Below, piece by piece: positions 19,660 through 29,855 of a DNA stretch of 64,000 nt. Position 1 is the first letter of the stretch, and every line of letters starts with the position of its first letter. Origin of the DNA: Pseudomonadota bacterium. GTDB lineage: Bacteria; Pseudomonadota; Gammaproteobacteria; Arenicellales; UBA868. The translations under genes were made by a program, and so were the position numbers. The notes under the pieces were generated by a model. The model was not told the DNA's origin. It was given only the letters and a program-made list of their open reading frames with translations, and did not search any database. The DNA lies in NCBI GenBank assembly GCA_018661145.1, contig JABJIU010000001.1, forward strand, positions 2,176-66,175, read 5' to 3'.

Positions 19660-20438
19660 CCGAATCAAGGCAGATCGCAAATGCAATCGAGGCGGCCTTG
19701 TTCTCCTCAGAGAGACCATTGAGTGTGCGGGACCTACAAATACTGTTTGATCAGAAGACTGATAAAGGAATGATCCAGTCGGCGCTGGACGAATTATGCG
19801 CCGATTATGCAGACCGGGGAGTTGAGCTTGTCGAGGTTGCTGGCGGGTTTCGTTTCCAGACGAAAGCGACGCACGCCCCGGCGTTGCGCGTACTTCGTGA
19901 AAGTCGTCCGCCGCGATACTCGCGTGCACTGCTGGAGACTTTGGCCATTATTGCCTATCGCCAGCCTGTGACCCGTGGCGATATCGAGGAGGTTCGGGGG
20001 GTAACAGTTACCACCGAAATCATGCGGGTTTTGCTGGATCGCGAATGGATTCGCCAGTCGGGCACCCGTGAAGTACCCGGGCACCCTGCGTTGTATGTCA
20101 CTACGCCTATTTTTCTCGAGTATTTTGGCTTGACATCGCTAAAAGAACTGCCAGGCCTAGATGATGAGCGGCAACTTGCCGATATTGCCCGAGAGCTTGG
20201 CATAGAAATGCCTGAGTCCCTTACACCTGTTGCTCCTCAATCTGACGGGGAAGAGTCTTCTGAGGATGAGTCAGAAGAGGCGTCGGCCGAGGACATCAAT
20301 CCTGAGACCAGTGACGACGATGAACCTCTGGTAGGTGGTGAGTATCCCGGCGAGGGGTCCCACAGTGAAGGCACCGAGATTCAGGATCCGGATGAGCGAT
20401 CCGCCACCAAGGCGGCGCTGACTTCGGAATTTGACTGA
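19656..20438 (+). CDS. scpB: Segregation and condensation protein B, with long acidic C-terminal tail
   Basis: IEAALFSSERPLSV..., LETLAIIAYRQPVTRGDIEEVRGV. The start overlaps the scpA stop. Confidence 0.8.
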   Translation: MTESRQIANAIEAALFSSERPLSVRDLQILFDQKTDKGMIQSALDELCADYADRGVELVEVAGGFRFQTKATHAPALRVLRESRPPRYSRALLETLAIIAYRQPVTRGDIEEVRGVTVTTEIMRVLLDREWIRQSGTREVPGHPALYVTTPIFLEYFGLTSLKELPGLDDERQLADIARELGIEMPESLTPVAPQSDGEESSEDESEEASAEDINPETSDDDEPLVGGEYPGEGSHSEGTEIQDPDERSATKAALTSEFD

Positions 20439-21228
20439 ACGCATTCAGAAGGTCCTGGCTCGGGCGGGCCTTGGGTCCCGTCGTGAGGTAGAGCGTTGGA
20501 TTCGTGAGGGACGGGTAACGGTCAACAATCGACCTGCAGAACTTGGACAGCAGATCGATCCATCTTGCCAGGTCGCGGTGGACGGACGCTCCGTGGCTCT
20601 TGCTTCGACACCCTCAGCACCGGCTCGGATCTTGCTCTATCACAAACCCGTTGGGCAGATTTGTTCTCGGGATGATCCGCAGGGTCGTCCGACGGTGTTT
20701 GATAGCCTACCCCGCCTTAGGGGCCGCCGTTGGGTGTCAGTTGGCCGACTCGATATCAATACGTCAGGTCTCCTCGTTTTTACAACGGATGGTGAACTCG
20801 CGCACCGGCTGATGCATCCCTCGACCGGTATTGAGCGGGAGTATCGTTGTCGGGTCCGTGGTAACCCTGGTGAGCGGGAACTCAAACGCCTGCTGACTGG
20901 CGTCACACTCGGCGGGCAGTTATGTCGTTTTGAGCTGGTCGAGGCGGGTAGGGGGTCAGGCGCAAACCGTTGGTTTCGCGTGGTCCTGAGGGAGGGTCGC
21001 AATAGAGAGGTGCGGCGGATGTGGCAGAGCGTCGGTAGCACCGTCAGTCGGCTGATCCGCGTGCGTTATGGCCCGTTTCAACTGGAGCGCCAGCACCATA
21101 CCGGGGAGAGTATTGAACTAAGCGAATCTCAGAGCGCAAAACTGCTTCAAAGCGCGGGCGGGGCGCAAGCGAGCGCCCGGGTCCAAAAATCAGGTAGAAA
21201 GCGCCCCGGCACGCGTCACCGGCGCTGA
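20431..21228 (+). CDS. rluB: 23S rRNA pseudouridine synthase (RluB/RsuA family)
   Basis: TTG start overlaps the scpB stop. S4 domain (RIQKVLARAGLGSRREVE) plus GRLDINTSGLLVFTTDGELAHRLMHP catalytic motif. Confidence 0.8.
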   Translation: MTERIQKVLARAGLGSRREVERWIREGRVTVNNRPAELGQQIDPSCQVAVDGRSVALASTPSAPARILLYHKPVGQICSRDDPQGRPTVFDSLPRLRGRRWVSVGRLDINTSGLLVFTTDGELAHRLMHPSTGIEREYRCRVRGNPGERELKRLLTGVTLGGQLCRFELVEAGRGSGANRWFRVVLREGRNREVRRMWQSVGSTVSRLIRVRYGPFQLERQHHTGESIELSESQSAKLLQSAGGAQASARVQKSGRKRPGTRHRR

Positions 21229-21725
21229 GGTCGGTCCTTTTTTGGGTTCAGATGGGTTGCGTCTTGGTATATCCGGCCTCGGAAGTCAAATGCCTTGCCA
21301 AACCCTTTTACCCATTGACCGCCTAGCGGTTTGAGCGCAAAGAGTTCGAAGTCGGGCAGCGTGCGCAACGTATCGATGATCTGACCGAATCGTTCTGCGA
21401 AAAGGTCAATCAGTTCATTCCAGGCCGTAGTTTCCTTTGCGAAACGTTCAGCCTCACATTGGAAGCGCAACCTGCGTCGCGCATAGATTTGTTCGCACCT
21501 GCTTTCATCCTCGATGAACAGTACCGCGGCCCGTGGGTCATTAATCAGGTTGCGGGTATGGGCGGAAAGATGGCTCGTCAGGATCAGGAACTGCTCTTCA
21601 TGATCGACAAAAGGGGTGTAACTGAGGTCGGGCGAACCGTCCGGATTCAATGTCGAGAGCAAGAGTGAACCAAACCCGTCGATAAACTGCTCACACTCCC
21701 CTTTGAGTTTGGTATCGAGCGCCAT
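21216..21725 (-). CDS. Pyridoxamine-5'-phosphate-oxidase-fold FMN/haem-binding protein (HugZ/HutZ-like)
   Basis: 169 aa. GFGSLLLSTLNPDGSPDLSYTPF...AAVLFIEDE pattern of the split-barrel family. Confidence 0.55.
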   Translation of the reverse strand: MALDTKLKGECEQFIDGFGSLLLSTLNPDGSPDLSYTPFVDHEEQFLILTSHLSAHTRNLINDPRAAVLFIEDESRCEQIYARRRLRFQCEAERFAKETTAWNELIDLFAERFGQIIDTLRTLPDFELFALKPLGGQWVKGFGKAFDFRGRIYQDATHLNPKKDRPQRR

Positions 21726-21743
21726 TACCGATATCCCGGTACG

Positions 21744-22958
21744 TCAGTCGCCGCGGGTAGCCTGGTTAAGTCGGTTAAATCCGGCATCCAGATCGGCGAT
21801 CAAATCATCGAAATCCTCAAGACCTGCATGGATACGCAAGGTTGCTCCGGAAGCATCCCAGGCGGTAGCGCTGCGGTACTGTTCCGGGTACACCGGAATC
21901 ATCAGGCTCTCAAAACCTCCCCAACTTGCCCCGATCCGGAAAAGGGTCATGCCGTTAACCATGGCGAGAACCGCTTCGCGGGATTTGGGATGCAGTACGA
22001 TACTGAACAAACCTGAAGCGCCAAGAAAATCTCTTTTCCAGATCGCGTGGCCGGCATGATCTGCCAGACCGGGATGCAGTACCGTAGCGACCTCGTCGCG
22101 CTGTGAAAGCCATTTGGCTAACGCCAACCCCTGCTTTTCATGGGCGTTGAGTCGTGTGGATAGATTGCGCACACTACGCAACGTGACATAGACGTCATCC
22201 GGGCCCACGCATTGTCCGAGGTGTCGGTGCGTACGCTTAACCTGATCCCAGGTGTGTTCCGCACAGATGATGGCGCCCATTAAGACGTCGCTGTGGCCGG
22301 AGAGATATTTGGTGGCGGCGTGCACGGAAACATCGACACCGTGGCTAAAGGATTTGAAAAAGAGGGGAGTACTCCAGGTGTTATCCAGGACCGTGATGAT
22401 GCCGTGTTTTCGGGCTACTGCGGTGATGGCTGGAATATCCTGGACCTCAAAGGTGAAGGACCCCGGTGACTCAAGAAATATTACCCGCGTCTCTGGTTGA
22501 ATCAGGGACTCAATCCCTGCTCCCACGAGTGGATCGTAATAATCCACCGTGACATCCATACCTGCGAGATATTGATCGCAGAACGATCGTGTCGGGGGAT
22601 AAACCGTGTCCGCAACCAGAAGGTGGTCTCCCGGATGCAAAAATGAGAGCAGTGCCACGCTGATAGCTGCGAGTCCGGAAGGGACCAGTACAGCATCATG
22701 ACCCCCTTCAAGATCTGCAACCACCTCTTCAAGATCGAAGGTTGTCGGGGTGCCGAGCAGACCATAAATAACCTTACGCCGATCGGTGTTCGGATCGTGA
22801 CGTCTCTCAAAGGAGTCGACATCCGGATGCAGAATCGTCGAGGCGTGATATACCGGTGTATTGACTGCACCGTAATGCTCAGCCGAGGTCCGGCCCTTGG
22901 TAATAGCGCGGGTTGCGTCGCCGGGGGCACGAGTATCTTGAGAGTCTTTCATTCGCAC
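21744..22958 (-). CDS. metC: Cystathionine beta-lyase
   Basis: Collinear with E. coli MetC, including the PLP-lysine block ATKYLSGHSDVLMG and C-terminal RIHAGLEDFDDLIADLDAGF. Confidence 0.85.
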   Translation of the reverse strand: MRMKDSQDTRAPGDATRAITKGRTSAEHYGAVNTPVYHASTILHPDVDSFERRHDPNTDRRKVIYGLLGTPTTFDLEEVVADLEGGHDAVLVPSGLAAISVALLSFLHPGDHLLVADTVYPPTRSFCDQYLAGMDVTVDYYDPLVGAGIESLIQPETRVIFLESPGSFTFEVQDIPAITAVARKHGIITVLDNTWSTPLFFKSFSHGVDVSVHAATKYLSGHSDVLMGAIICAEHTWDQVKRTHRHLGQCVGPDDVYVTLRSVRNLSTRLNAHEKQGLALAKWLSQRDEVATVLHPGLADHAGHAIWKRDFLGASGLFSIVLHPKSREAVLAMVNGMTLFRIGASWGGFESLMIPVYPEQYRSATAWDASGATLRIHAGLEDFDDLIADLDAGFNRLNQATRGD

Positions 22959-23084
22959 AATTGTCAGGGGTGCGGCCTACTCTATCAAGCCTACTTCGCG
23001 ACATCGAGGTCTCCCAGGATGTTATTTTGATGGAAGGTGGCTAAACTCGGCGTTCTCTGATCACCCACGGGGTTGAACGAAGCA

Positions 23085-24302
23085 ATGTCAACAGTAAAGC
23101 GTGATTGGCACGACAGATACATGATGCCGAACTATGCTCCGGCCGCGGTGATTCCGGTGCGTGGCTCGGGTTCCCGTATGTGGGACCAGGAAGACCGGGA
23201 ATATATTGATTTCGGTGGTGGCATTGCGGTGAATGCGCTCGGTCACGCTCATCCCGATCTTGTGGCGGCGCTTACCAAGCAAGCCGGTCGTCTGTGGCAT
23301 ACATCGAACGTCCTCGCAACCGAACCCGCGCTCGAACTTGCTCGCCGGCTTGTTGAGCTCACGTTTGCCGATAAGGTCTTCTTCAGCAATTCCGGCGCGG
23401 AAGCCAATGAGGCGGCACTCAAGCTCGCCCGGCGGTACGCCTTTGACCATCACCACAAGGGAAAAGAACGGATTCTTGCCTTTGATAACGCATTCCATGG
23501 CCGAACGTTGTTTACAGTGACCGCCGGGGGGCAGGCGAGTTACCGTGAGGGCTTCGGGCCGCTACCCGGCGCAATAGAGCATCTACCCTTTAACGACATT
23601 GGGGCACTCAGTGAGGCCTTTGATAAGGACGTTTGTGCGGTGATCGTGGAGCCAGTACAGGGCGAGGGAGGTGTGACCGCAGCGGACAAGGCTTTCCTGG
23701 AAACGATCCGAAGGCTTTGTGATGAGCACGACGCCTTGTTGATACTGGACGAGGTCCAGACTGGGGTGGGAAGGGTGGGAACCCTTTATGCGTATCAGTC
23801 CTATGGTGTCACCCCTGATATTCTGACGACAGCCAAGGGCTTGGGAGGAGGCTTTCCCGTGGCAGCGACTTTATCTACGGGAACTGTTGCGGAGTCACTG
23901 AAGGTCGGCACCCATGGCAGTACCTGGGGTGGTAACCCAATGGGCTGCGCGGTGGCCAGCACTGTGCTTGATATCGTCAGCACCGACGCCGTCCTTGCCG
24001 GAGTCAGCGAGCGTCGACAGCAGATCGAAGGCGCGCTTCGGGCTTTGGGTGACAAATATGGCATCTTCGGCGAGATTCGGGGGCTTGGACTGCTGATGGG
24101 TTGCGTCCTGAACGAGCCCTGGGAAAGTAAGGCACGGGACCTCATGCGTGCCGCGCAGGATGAAGGCGTCTTCGTGTTGGTGGCGGGGGCTAGTGTGTTA
24201 CGCATAGCGCCCTCGCTGATTATTCCCGAGAGGGATATAGCAGAAGGACTGGAACGCCTCGAGCGGGCGATTGTGCGGTTTTGCGCAGCGGATAAGAACT
24301 GA
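23085..24302 (+). CDS. argD: Acetylornithine / succinylornithine-type class-III aminotransferase
   Basis: GGIAVNALGHAHP, DEVQTGVGRVGTLYAYQ and TTAKGLGGGFP (PLP lysine). ATG at 23085 is preferred over TTG at 23073. Confidence 0.75.
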   Translation: MSTVKRDWHDRYMMPNYAPAAVIPVRGSGSRMWDQEDREYIDFGGGIAVNALGHAHPDLVAALTKQAGRLWHTSNVLATEPALELARRLVELTFADKVFFSNSGAEANEAALKLARRYAFDHHHKGKERILAFDNAFHGRTLFTVTAGGQASYREGFGPLPGAIEHLPFNDIGALSEAFDKDVCAVIVEPVQGEGGVTAADKAFLETIRRLCDEHDALLILDEVQTGVGRVGTLYAYQSYGVTPDILTTAKGLGGGFPVAATLSTGTVAESLKVGTHGSTWGGNPMGCAVASTVLDIVSTDAVLAGVSERRQQIEGALRALGDKYGIFGEIRGLGLLMGCVLNEPWESKARDLMRAAQDEGVFVLVAGASVLRIAPSLIIPERDIAEGLERLERAIVRFCAADKN

Positions 24303-24314
24303 GATCTCTTCCGG

Positions 24315-25598
24315 TCAGTGAAGCTCGCTGACTGAGAAGCTCGTGCGGACGTCCTCACCCATAAAACGGACTTCACTGACCACTGGCGCGGTTCTGCTGA
24401 TAATCTCACCTCGGCGGATAACAAAAAGTCGATTCGCTCTCAGGCGTATTGCTTCGGTGGGGTCTTTTGCCTGTAGGACCACCATATCAGCGTTGCATCC
24501 CACCTCCAGGCCGTAGCCTTCGAGTTGCAGCGTTCTGGCTGGATTAACTGTGATGGCATTGAACATGTCTGCGGTTTCATGCACTCCGGTCATCTGACCC
24601 ACATGGAGCCCCATATGAGCAACTTCAAGCATGTCGTGGCTGCCCCCTGCGTACCAGGGATCCATCACGCAGTCATGTCCTAGAGCGTAGTTGATACCGC
24701 GCTGCATCATCTCCTTGATGCGGGTAAGGCCCCGCCGCTTGGGGTAGGTATCCTTGCGCCCCTGCAGAGTGATGTTGATCAGCGGGCAGGCGATGGCGTT
24801 CACCTCGTTTTCGCTCATGAGGCCAAGCAGTTTGTCGGCAAGAGTGTTATCCATGGAGTGCATCGAGGTTAAATGAGATCCAGTAATCCGGCCCTGCATC
24901 CCCAGTTCAGCCGTCATTGAGATCAGCGTTTCAATGTGGTGCGATCCAGGGTCATCAGACTCATCGCAGTGCATATCAACCATCAGGCCTCGGTCCGCTG
25001 CGATCCGGCAGAGCGCTTCGACGGATCGGCGTCCATCGTCATAGGTGCGCTCAAAGTGAGGAATCCCCCCTACAATATCCACGCCAAGATCGAGCGCCCG
25101 ATTGAGTAGGTCCACAGCTTTGGGATCTCGGAAATAGCCGTCCTGGGGGAAGGCGACAAGTTGAAGATCGAGCCACGGGCTGACCTTCTTTCGGACCTCC
25201 AGCAGAGCGTGAACAGCAGTGAGCCCAGGGTCCCCAATATCGACGTGAGAACGAATCGCCAGACTGCCTCTGGCGATAGCCCAGCGACACAGCAGAAGCG
25301 CTCGTTGCTCAATATCTTCAACGGTTAGTCCGGGTTTGATCTCACCCCAGAGGCTGATGCCTTCATAAAGCGTGCCGCTTTCGTTATATCGCGGTGTACC
25401 ATAGGTCAGGGTGGAATCCATGTGGAAGTGGCTGTCCACGAACGGCGGTGACACGAGATGGCCGCCGGCATCAATCTCTTTACGGGCAGGGCCCTCCAAG
25501 CGACCCGTCCTTTCGGTAATACGCCCATCGAGACACCCAAGATCGACCGTCTCTGTCTCACCGACGATTCGCGCGTTACGTATAATGAGGTCGAGCAT
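24315..25598 (-). CDS. codA: Cytosine deaminase-family amidohydrolase (CodA-like)
   Basis: Collinear with E. coli CodA as I recall it: PPFVDSHFHMDST, SGTLYEGI, DLQLVAFPQDG, GGIPHFE, DMHCDESDD, TYPKRRGLTRIKEM, GHDCVMDPWY. The substrate could also be creatinine or a related amine. Confidence 0.75.
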   Translation of the reverse strand: MLDLIIRNARIVGETETVDLGCLDGRITERTGRLEGPARKEIDAGGHLVSPPFVDSHFHMDSTLTYGTPRYNESGTLYEGISLWGEIKPGLTVEDIEQRALLLCRWAIARGSLAIRSHVDIGDPGLTAVHALLEVRKKVSPWLDLQLVAFPQDGYFRDPKAVDLLNRALDLGVDIVGGIPHFERTYDDGRRSVEALCRIAADRGLMVDMHCDESDDPGSHHIETLISMTAELGMQGRITGSHLTSMHSMDNTLADKLLGLMSENEVNAIACPLINITLQGRKDTYPKRRGLTRIKEMMQRGINYALGHDCVMDPWYAGGSHDMLEVAHMGLHVGQMTGVHETADMFNAITVNPARTLQLEGYGLEVGCNADMVVLQAKDPTEAIRLRANRLFVIRRGEIISRTAPVVSEVRFMGEDVRTSFSVSELH

Positions 25599-25599
25599 A

Positions 25600-26706
25600 C
25601 TAATCCTGGCCCCTGCTGATTAAATGGGTGTCCGTCGCACTCCATGAGGCGAAAAACGCGACCCCTTCCTCAAGCGACATACTTGCAAGGTCACGCTGGC
25701 GGGCCTGCACTTTAAAGTCAGAGCCGTCTTCCAACTCAGCGAAGATTGTCACGATGGACCCGACGAACTCCTCACTGATAAAGCGGCAGTGAAGGCTATT
25801 CTGGGTCCCGGGGTCTTCCATCGATATCTGAACAAGATCAGCGCTGATGACCATGTCCAGCGTGTCGCCGGTGCTAAAGGCCTCATAGCCGTTCGCTTGA
25901 CAGCGAAACTCCCCAACGGCGGTGTTGAGACTGAGTTCCGTACCCGTACCGATTACAGAGCCCGACAGAATGTTGTTCGCCCCAACAAAGTCAGCGACAA
26001 ATCGTGACGCGGGGCTACGGTAAATCGCTTTCGGTGAGCCGATCTGGTCGATCTGTCCCTGACTCATGATCACCACCCGATCGGACATGGCGAAGGCTTC
26101 CGATTGGCTATGAGTCACATAGACGAAGGTGATCCCAAGCTCCTTTTGCAGGCGTGATAGTACTCCCTGCATCCGAACCACCAGGTTGGCGTCGAGCGCG
26201 CTTAGAGGCTCATCGAGCAACAGGATGCGCGGCTCCGTTACCAGGGAGCGGGCGAGAGCGACCCGCTGCTTCTGACCGCCTGAAAGCTGACTGATGTCCC
26301 GATCGGCAAGTTCCAGGATTTCCATACGCTCTAGCCACGTGCGCGCCCGCTGTTGACGCTCTTCGGCTGGAATGCTGCGCATTTTGAGGCCGAACTCGAC
26401 GTTTTTCTGGACGTTCAAAAACGGAAACAGCGCGAGACTCTGCCAGACCATCGGCGTATCCCTTTCGATGCTACTGATCTCATTAATCCGCTGGCCATCC
26501 AGGCGGATCTCGCCTTCACTGGGCTCCTCAAGCCCTGCCAGCATGCGCAGCGAGGTTGTTTTTCCGCACCCTGAGGGGCCCATAATGGCGAGGAACTCCC
26601 CTTCATAAATTTCCAGATTCATCGTGTGCACGGCAGTGACGGAGCCATAGCGCTTGGAAACACCATCAAAGGTGACCAGAGGTCGTGATGAGGGCGTTTT
26701 GCTCAT
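25600..26706 (-). CDS. ABC transporter ATP-binding protein (PotA/spermidine-putrescine type)
   Basis: GPSGCGKTT, LSGGQKQRVALARSL and LLLDEPLSALD, plus a C-terminal TOBE-like domain. Confidence 0.8.
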   Translation of the reverse strand: MSKTPSSRPLVTFDGVSKRYGSVTAVHTMNLEIYEGEFLAIMGPSGCGKTTSLRMLAGLEEPSEGEIRLDGQRINEISSIERDTPMVWQSLALFPFLNVQKNVEFGLKMRSIPAEERQQRARTWLERMEILELADRDISQLSGGQKQRVALARSLVTEPRILLLDEPLSALDANLVVRMQGVLSRLQKELGITFVYVTHSQSEAFAMSDRVVIMSQGQIDQIGSPKAIYRSPASRFVADFVGANNILSGSVIGTGTELSLNTAVGEFRCQANGYEAFSTGDTLDMVISADLVQISMEDPGTQNSLHCRFISEEFVGSIVTIFAELEDGSDFKVQARQRDLASMSLEEGVAFFASWSATDTHLISRGQD

Positions 26707-26708
26707 GA

Positions 26709-27515
26709 TCAGATTCCGGTGGTCGTTTGGTTGATGGTTTTTCGCATCAGGATCAACTGCGCTAGGACTACGAGTGTCATCGAGGTAATGAATACAATTG
26801 ACCCGATCGCGTTGATCTGGGGATCAGTGTTGCCTTGCAGAATTTCAAGAATAATAACCGGTACGGTCTTGTTAAGCCCGGACACAAACCACGCGACAGC
26901 GAACTCATCAAAGGAGACAGCCGCCGTCAGGCAAAACGCAGAGGCGATCGCTGGAAGACAAAAGGGTACGATCACTTCGCGCATCGCTCGCCAGTTAGAG
27001 GCTCCAAGATTCCATGCCGCGGACTCCAGGTTGGGATCAATCTGCGCGAGACGCATTCGGATAACAGCCATCGCAAAGGGTGAGCAGAGCACCACGTGGC
27101 TGACGACGATTGAATAAATCTCCCCTGACATATTGATCCGCGCCAGCAGGGCGAGCATTGCGAGACCCATGATCACCAACGGGATGGTGGGCGGGAGCAG
27201 AGCTAGGGAAAGATAAAGCGCCTTTCCGGTGAAGTTGTAACGGTAATCAGTGTAGGCTGTGCAAAACCCGATAAAGGTTGCAAGTATAGCCACGGTGATC
27301 GAAACAATGCCGCTGATCCTAAAGGCATCCCATACATCCGGATCCGCGAAAATGGTTTCGTACCAGTGGGTCGTGAAGTGCCCGAGGGGAATCGTTGGAA
27401 ATCTGTCCGAATTCACCGAAAAAACGAAACTGGTCAGGATTGGCGTGAAGACAAAAATAAACACCAGCACGACATAGCCGCGCAGCAGAATATTCTTGGA
27501 CGGTTTTGTGCTCAT
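26709..27515 (-). CDS. ABC transporter permease (PotC-like)
   Basis: ATG at 27515 overlaps the upstream permease stop (ATGA). Six TM segments and an EAA-type loop (ESAAWNLGASNWRAMREVIVP). Confidence 0.75.
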   Translation of the reverse strand: MSTKPSKNILLRGYVVLVFIFVFTPILTSFVFSVNSDRFPTIPLGHFTTHWYETIFADPDVWDAFRISGIVSITVAILATFIGFCTAYTDYRYNFTGKALYLSLALLPPTIPLVIMGLAMLALLARINMSGEIYSIVVSHVVLCSPFAMAVIRMRLAQIDPNLESAAWNLGASNWRAMREVIVPFCLPAIASAFCLTAAVSFDEFAVAWFVSGLNKTVPVIILEILQGNTDPQINAIGSIVFITSMTLVVLAQLILMRKTINQTTTGI

Positions 27516-28396
27516 GCCCGTTTCCGGTAGGCCGCGGCGACAGAGGCGAACATGATCGTGAGCAGGGTTAGGATCATCACAATCGCTACAACAGCGGCAC
27601 GCGGCCACTGTTGGCCCGACTTTGTAGTATCAATGATCAGAATACTGAGTGTCGGCGGTTTCGATCCACCAAGATAGTAGGGGCTGACAAAGTCACCAAA
27701 ACTGAGAATGAACGTGAAAACCGCACCGAGGATGATCCCGATCTTGGCGAGCGGGATGATCACTTGAAAAACGGTACGCAAGCGTCCACACCCAAGATTA
27801 TGCGCGGCTTCAATCAGAGTCCGATCAACATTGGCGAGCGAGGTCAGCTGTAGCACCACAACAAGAGGCAGACACAACGTGAGATATCCAACCAGGGTCC
27901 CAAAGAAGTTATTCAGCAACTGAAACGGACCTAATCCGATTAGCGCAAACAATGTGTTGAAGATGCCGTTGTCGTTGAGGAAGATCTGCCACGAATAGGC
28001 GCGCACCAGATAACTGGTAAAAAAGGGCACGATCAGGAAAAAGAGCGCCCAGCGACGCACCTTGGGAGATACCTTGAACGCGAGCGCAAAAGCGCAAGGA
28101 AATGCAAGTATGCTGGTTACGACTGTCGCAACCCCCGCGTATCCCAGGGTCCGCCAGTATGCATCCCAGAAGTATCCCTTGGAAAACATTTTGACCCAGT
28201 TTATCGTGTCAAACCCTGGAACCATCCGGTAGTTCTTGACCAGCCAGAAACTGATCAAAAACAGGAAAATCAGAGGGAATACAAAAAAGATCAACTGCCA
28301 GATCACAATCGGCATCGACCAGGTCAGTCCGTACAGGGTTACCTGTCGGCGCTGTTTGGTAACGGGGTCGGAAGGGCTATTCTGGGTCCGGGCCAA
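27512..28396 (-). CDS. ABC transporter permease (PotB-like)
   Basis: EAA loop IEAAHNLGCGRLRTVFQVIIP. Six TM segments. Confidence 0.75.
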   Translation of the reverse strand: MARTQNSPSDPVTKQRRQVTLYGLTWSMPIVIWQLIFFVFPLIFLFLISFWLVKNYRMVPGFDTINWVKMFSKGYFWDAYWRTLGYAGVATVVTSILAFPCAFALAFKVSPKVRRWALFFLIVPFFTSYLVRAYSWQIFLNDNGIFNTLFALIGLGPFQLLNNFFGTLVGYLTLCLPLVVVLQLTSLANVDRTLIEAAHNLGCGRLRTVFQVIIPLAKIGIILGAVFTFILSFGDFVSPYYLGGSKPPTLSILIIDTTKSGQQWPRAAVVAIVMILTLLTIMFASVAAAYRKRA

Positions 28397-28428
28397 GTGA
28401 GTTGATCTCCTGCAGGCTTGTTATTTAG

Positions 28429-28462
28429 CCAAGAAAAGAAAACCGGCCCCGAAGGGCCGGTT
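28429..28462 (-). terminator. Intrinsic terminator/attenuator between the binding-protein gene and the permease genes
   Basis: On the minus strand there is a 9-bp GC-rich stem (aaccggccc / gggccggtt) with a 4-nt loop. It is followed by TTTTCTTTTCTT. Confidence 0.65.
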
Positions 28463-28477
28463 GCAGTGATCATAGAG

Positions 28478-29653
28478 TCACGCGTTCTTGTATTCCGACC
28501 AGAAGTCGTTCCAGTCCTCAAGTGACTGCTGAACCGGCGTCTCCCTGAAGTGAATACGTCCTTCGCGAAGATCATCGATGCAGTTGGGCCCATCGAAAGT
28601 CATGCGTTGGCGTTTGGCTTCTTCCGGGTTGGCCTCATTGATCGCGGTCCAGCCGGATTTGTACGGAGACATACCGGGGTAGGCTCCCATTTGGATGGAG
28701 CGGACCTGTCCTTTGGGTGACGTGATATAGCGGATGAACTCCTTGGCGAGATCCTGTTTCTTCGAACCTTTACCGACAGAATAGGACTCCGTCCACTGGA
28801 TGCCGCCTTGTTTGGGGATGACCGAATCGACAGGGGCTCCGTCTTTTCTGACGACACCGGTGATCCAGTCGCCGATACCACACATGGCGTAAATCTCACC
28901 GTTCTTCAGTGAGGCAAAGGTGCCGCCATAGTCAAAATATCCACCCACTTGAGGTTTCAGAGATAGCGTGGTTTCTTGTAACTTCGACCACTGGGATGAA
29001 TTGATATCAAATGGGGACGGACTGTCGTTGCCATCCCGCAGGCTGAGGCAGCCGAGATTCGGCAGATGCCAGTCGAAGTGACCGACTTTTCCTTCGAGCT
29101 TTGAATCCCAGAGGATATTGTAGTCGGACGCTTCTTCGTGGCTAATGATCTCGGTGTTGAAAGATACGCCGAGGTAGCCGAAGCGTACGATGACGGAATA
29201 CAGCGCGTCGCCCATCCAGTGTGCGTCAAAATGAGCGTACTCATCGAACAGATCTCCCATGTTGTATTCATTGGGATCCATCGCCTCGATATAACCTGCC
29301 TCTTTGAGAAGCTTGACAAACTCACCGTCAGAAAGAATCAGATCGTAGGTGCCGGGAGGTGACTGCGAAATCAGCGCCAACATGTTATCGCCACCGGCGT
29401 AGTACTTGGCTTTAATTTTGACATTGTGCATGGCCTCAAACTCTTCAACCATGTCGGGTTCGCCGTGCCCATACCAGGCGATCATGTTGAGTTCAGTCGC
29501 GGCGTTCGCACGAGGCGGTACCAGGATCATCGGCACGCTCAGTGCACTCGCCGCCGTGACAGCGCCCGCGCCTTTAAGAATCTTGCGCCGGCCCGCGTCG
29601 GGCTGAGTCGTTTGCTTAATCGGACGATCTTTGTCCTTTTTGATATCCGTCAT
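28478..29653 (-). CDS. Periplasmic substrate-binding protein, PotD/PotF family, Tat-type signal peptide
   Basis: RRKILKGAGAVTAASAL twin-arginine leader. About 390 aa in total with PotD-like layout. First gene of the ABC operon. Confidence 0.7.
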   Translation of the reverse strand: MTDIKKDKDRPIKQTTQPDAGRRKILKGAGAVTAASALSVPMILVPPRANAATELNMIAWYGHGEPDMVEEFEAMHNVKIKAKYYAGGDNMLALISQSPPGTYDLILSDGEFVKLLKEAGYIEAMDPNEYNMGDLFDEYAHFDAHWMGDALYSVIVRFGYLGVSFNTEIISHEEASDYNILWDSKLEGKVGHFDWHLPNLGCLSLRDGNDSPSPFDINSSQWSKLQETTLSLKPQVGGYFDYGGTFASLKNGEIYAMCGIGDWITGVVRKDGAPVDSVIPKQGGIQWTESYSVGKGSKKQDLAKEFIRYITSPKGQVRSIQMGAYPGMSPYKSGWTAINEANPEEAKRQRMTFDGPNCIDDLREGRIHFRETPVQQSLEDWNDFWSEYKNA

Positions 29654-29855
29654 CGAGTCTCCTCCGAGGGTGAGTTTGTTAAGACAGCTTCATTATTGAG
29701 AATTGCTTTACTAACCATGCTTAATGGATCGTAGGTTCAGAGATTATCACTGCTGCTGGCCGTTCGGATATATTTAGCCGTTAACGAGATTGGATTGACC
29801 CATCACCTGAGTTGAAGAGGTGAAATTGCATAAATTCAAGGGAAAAGACCAAACC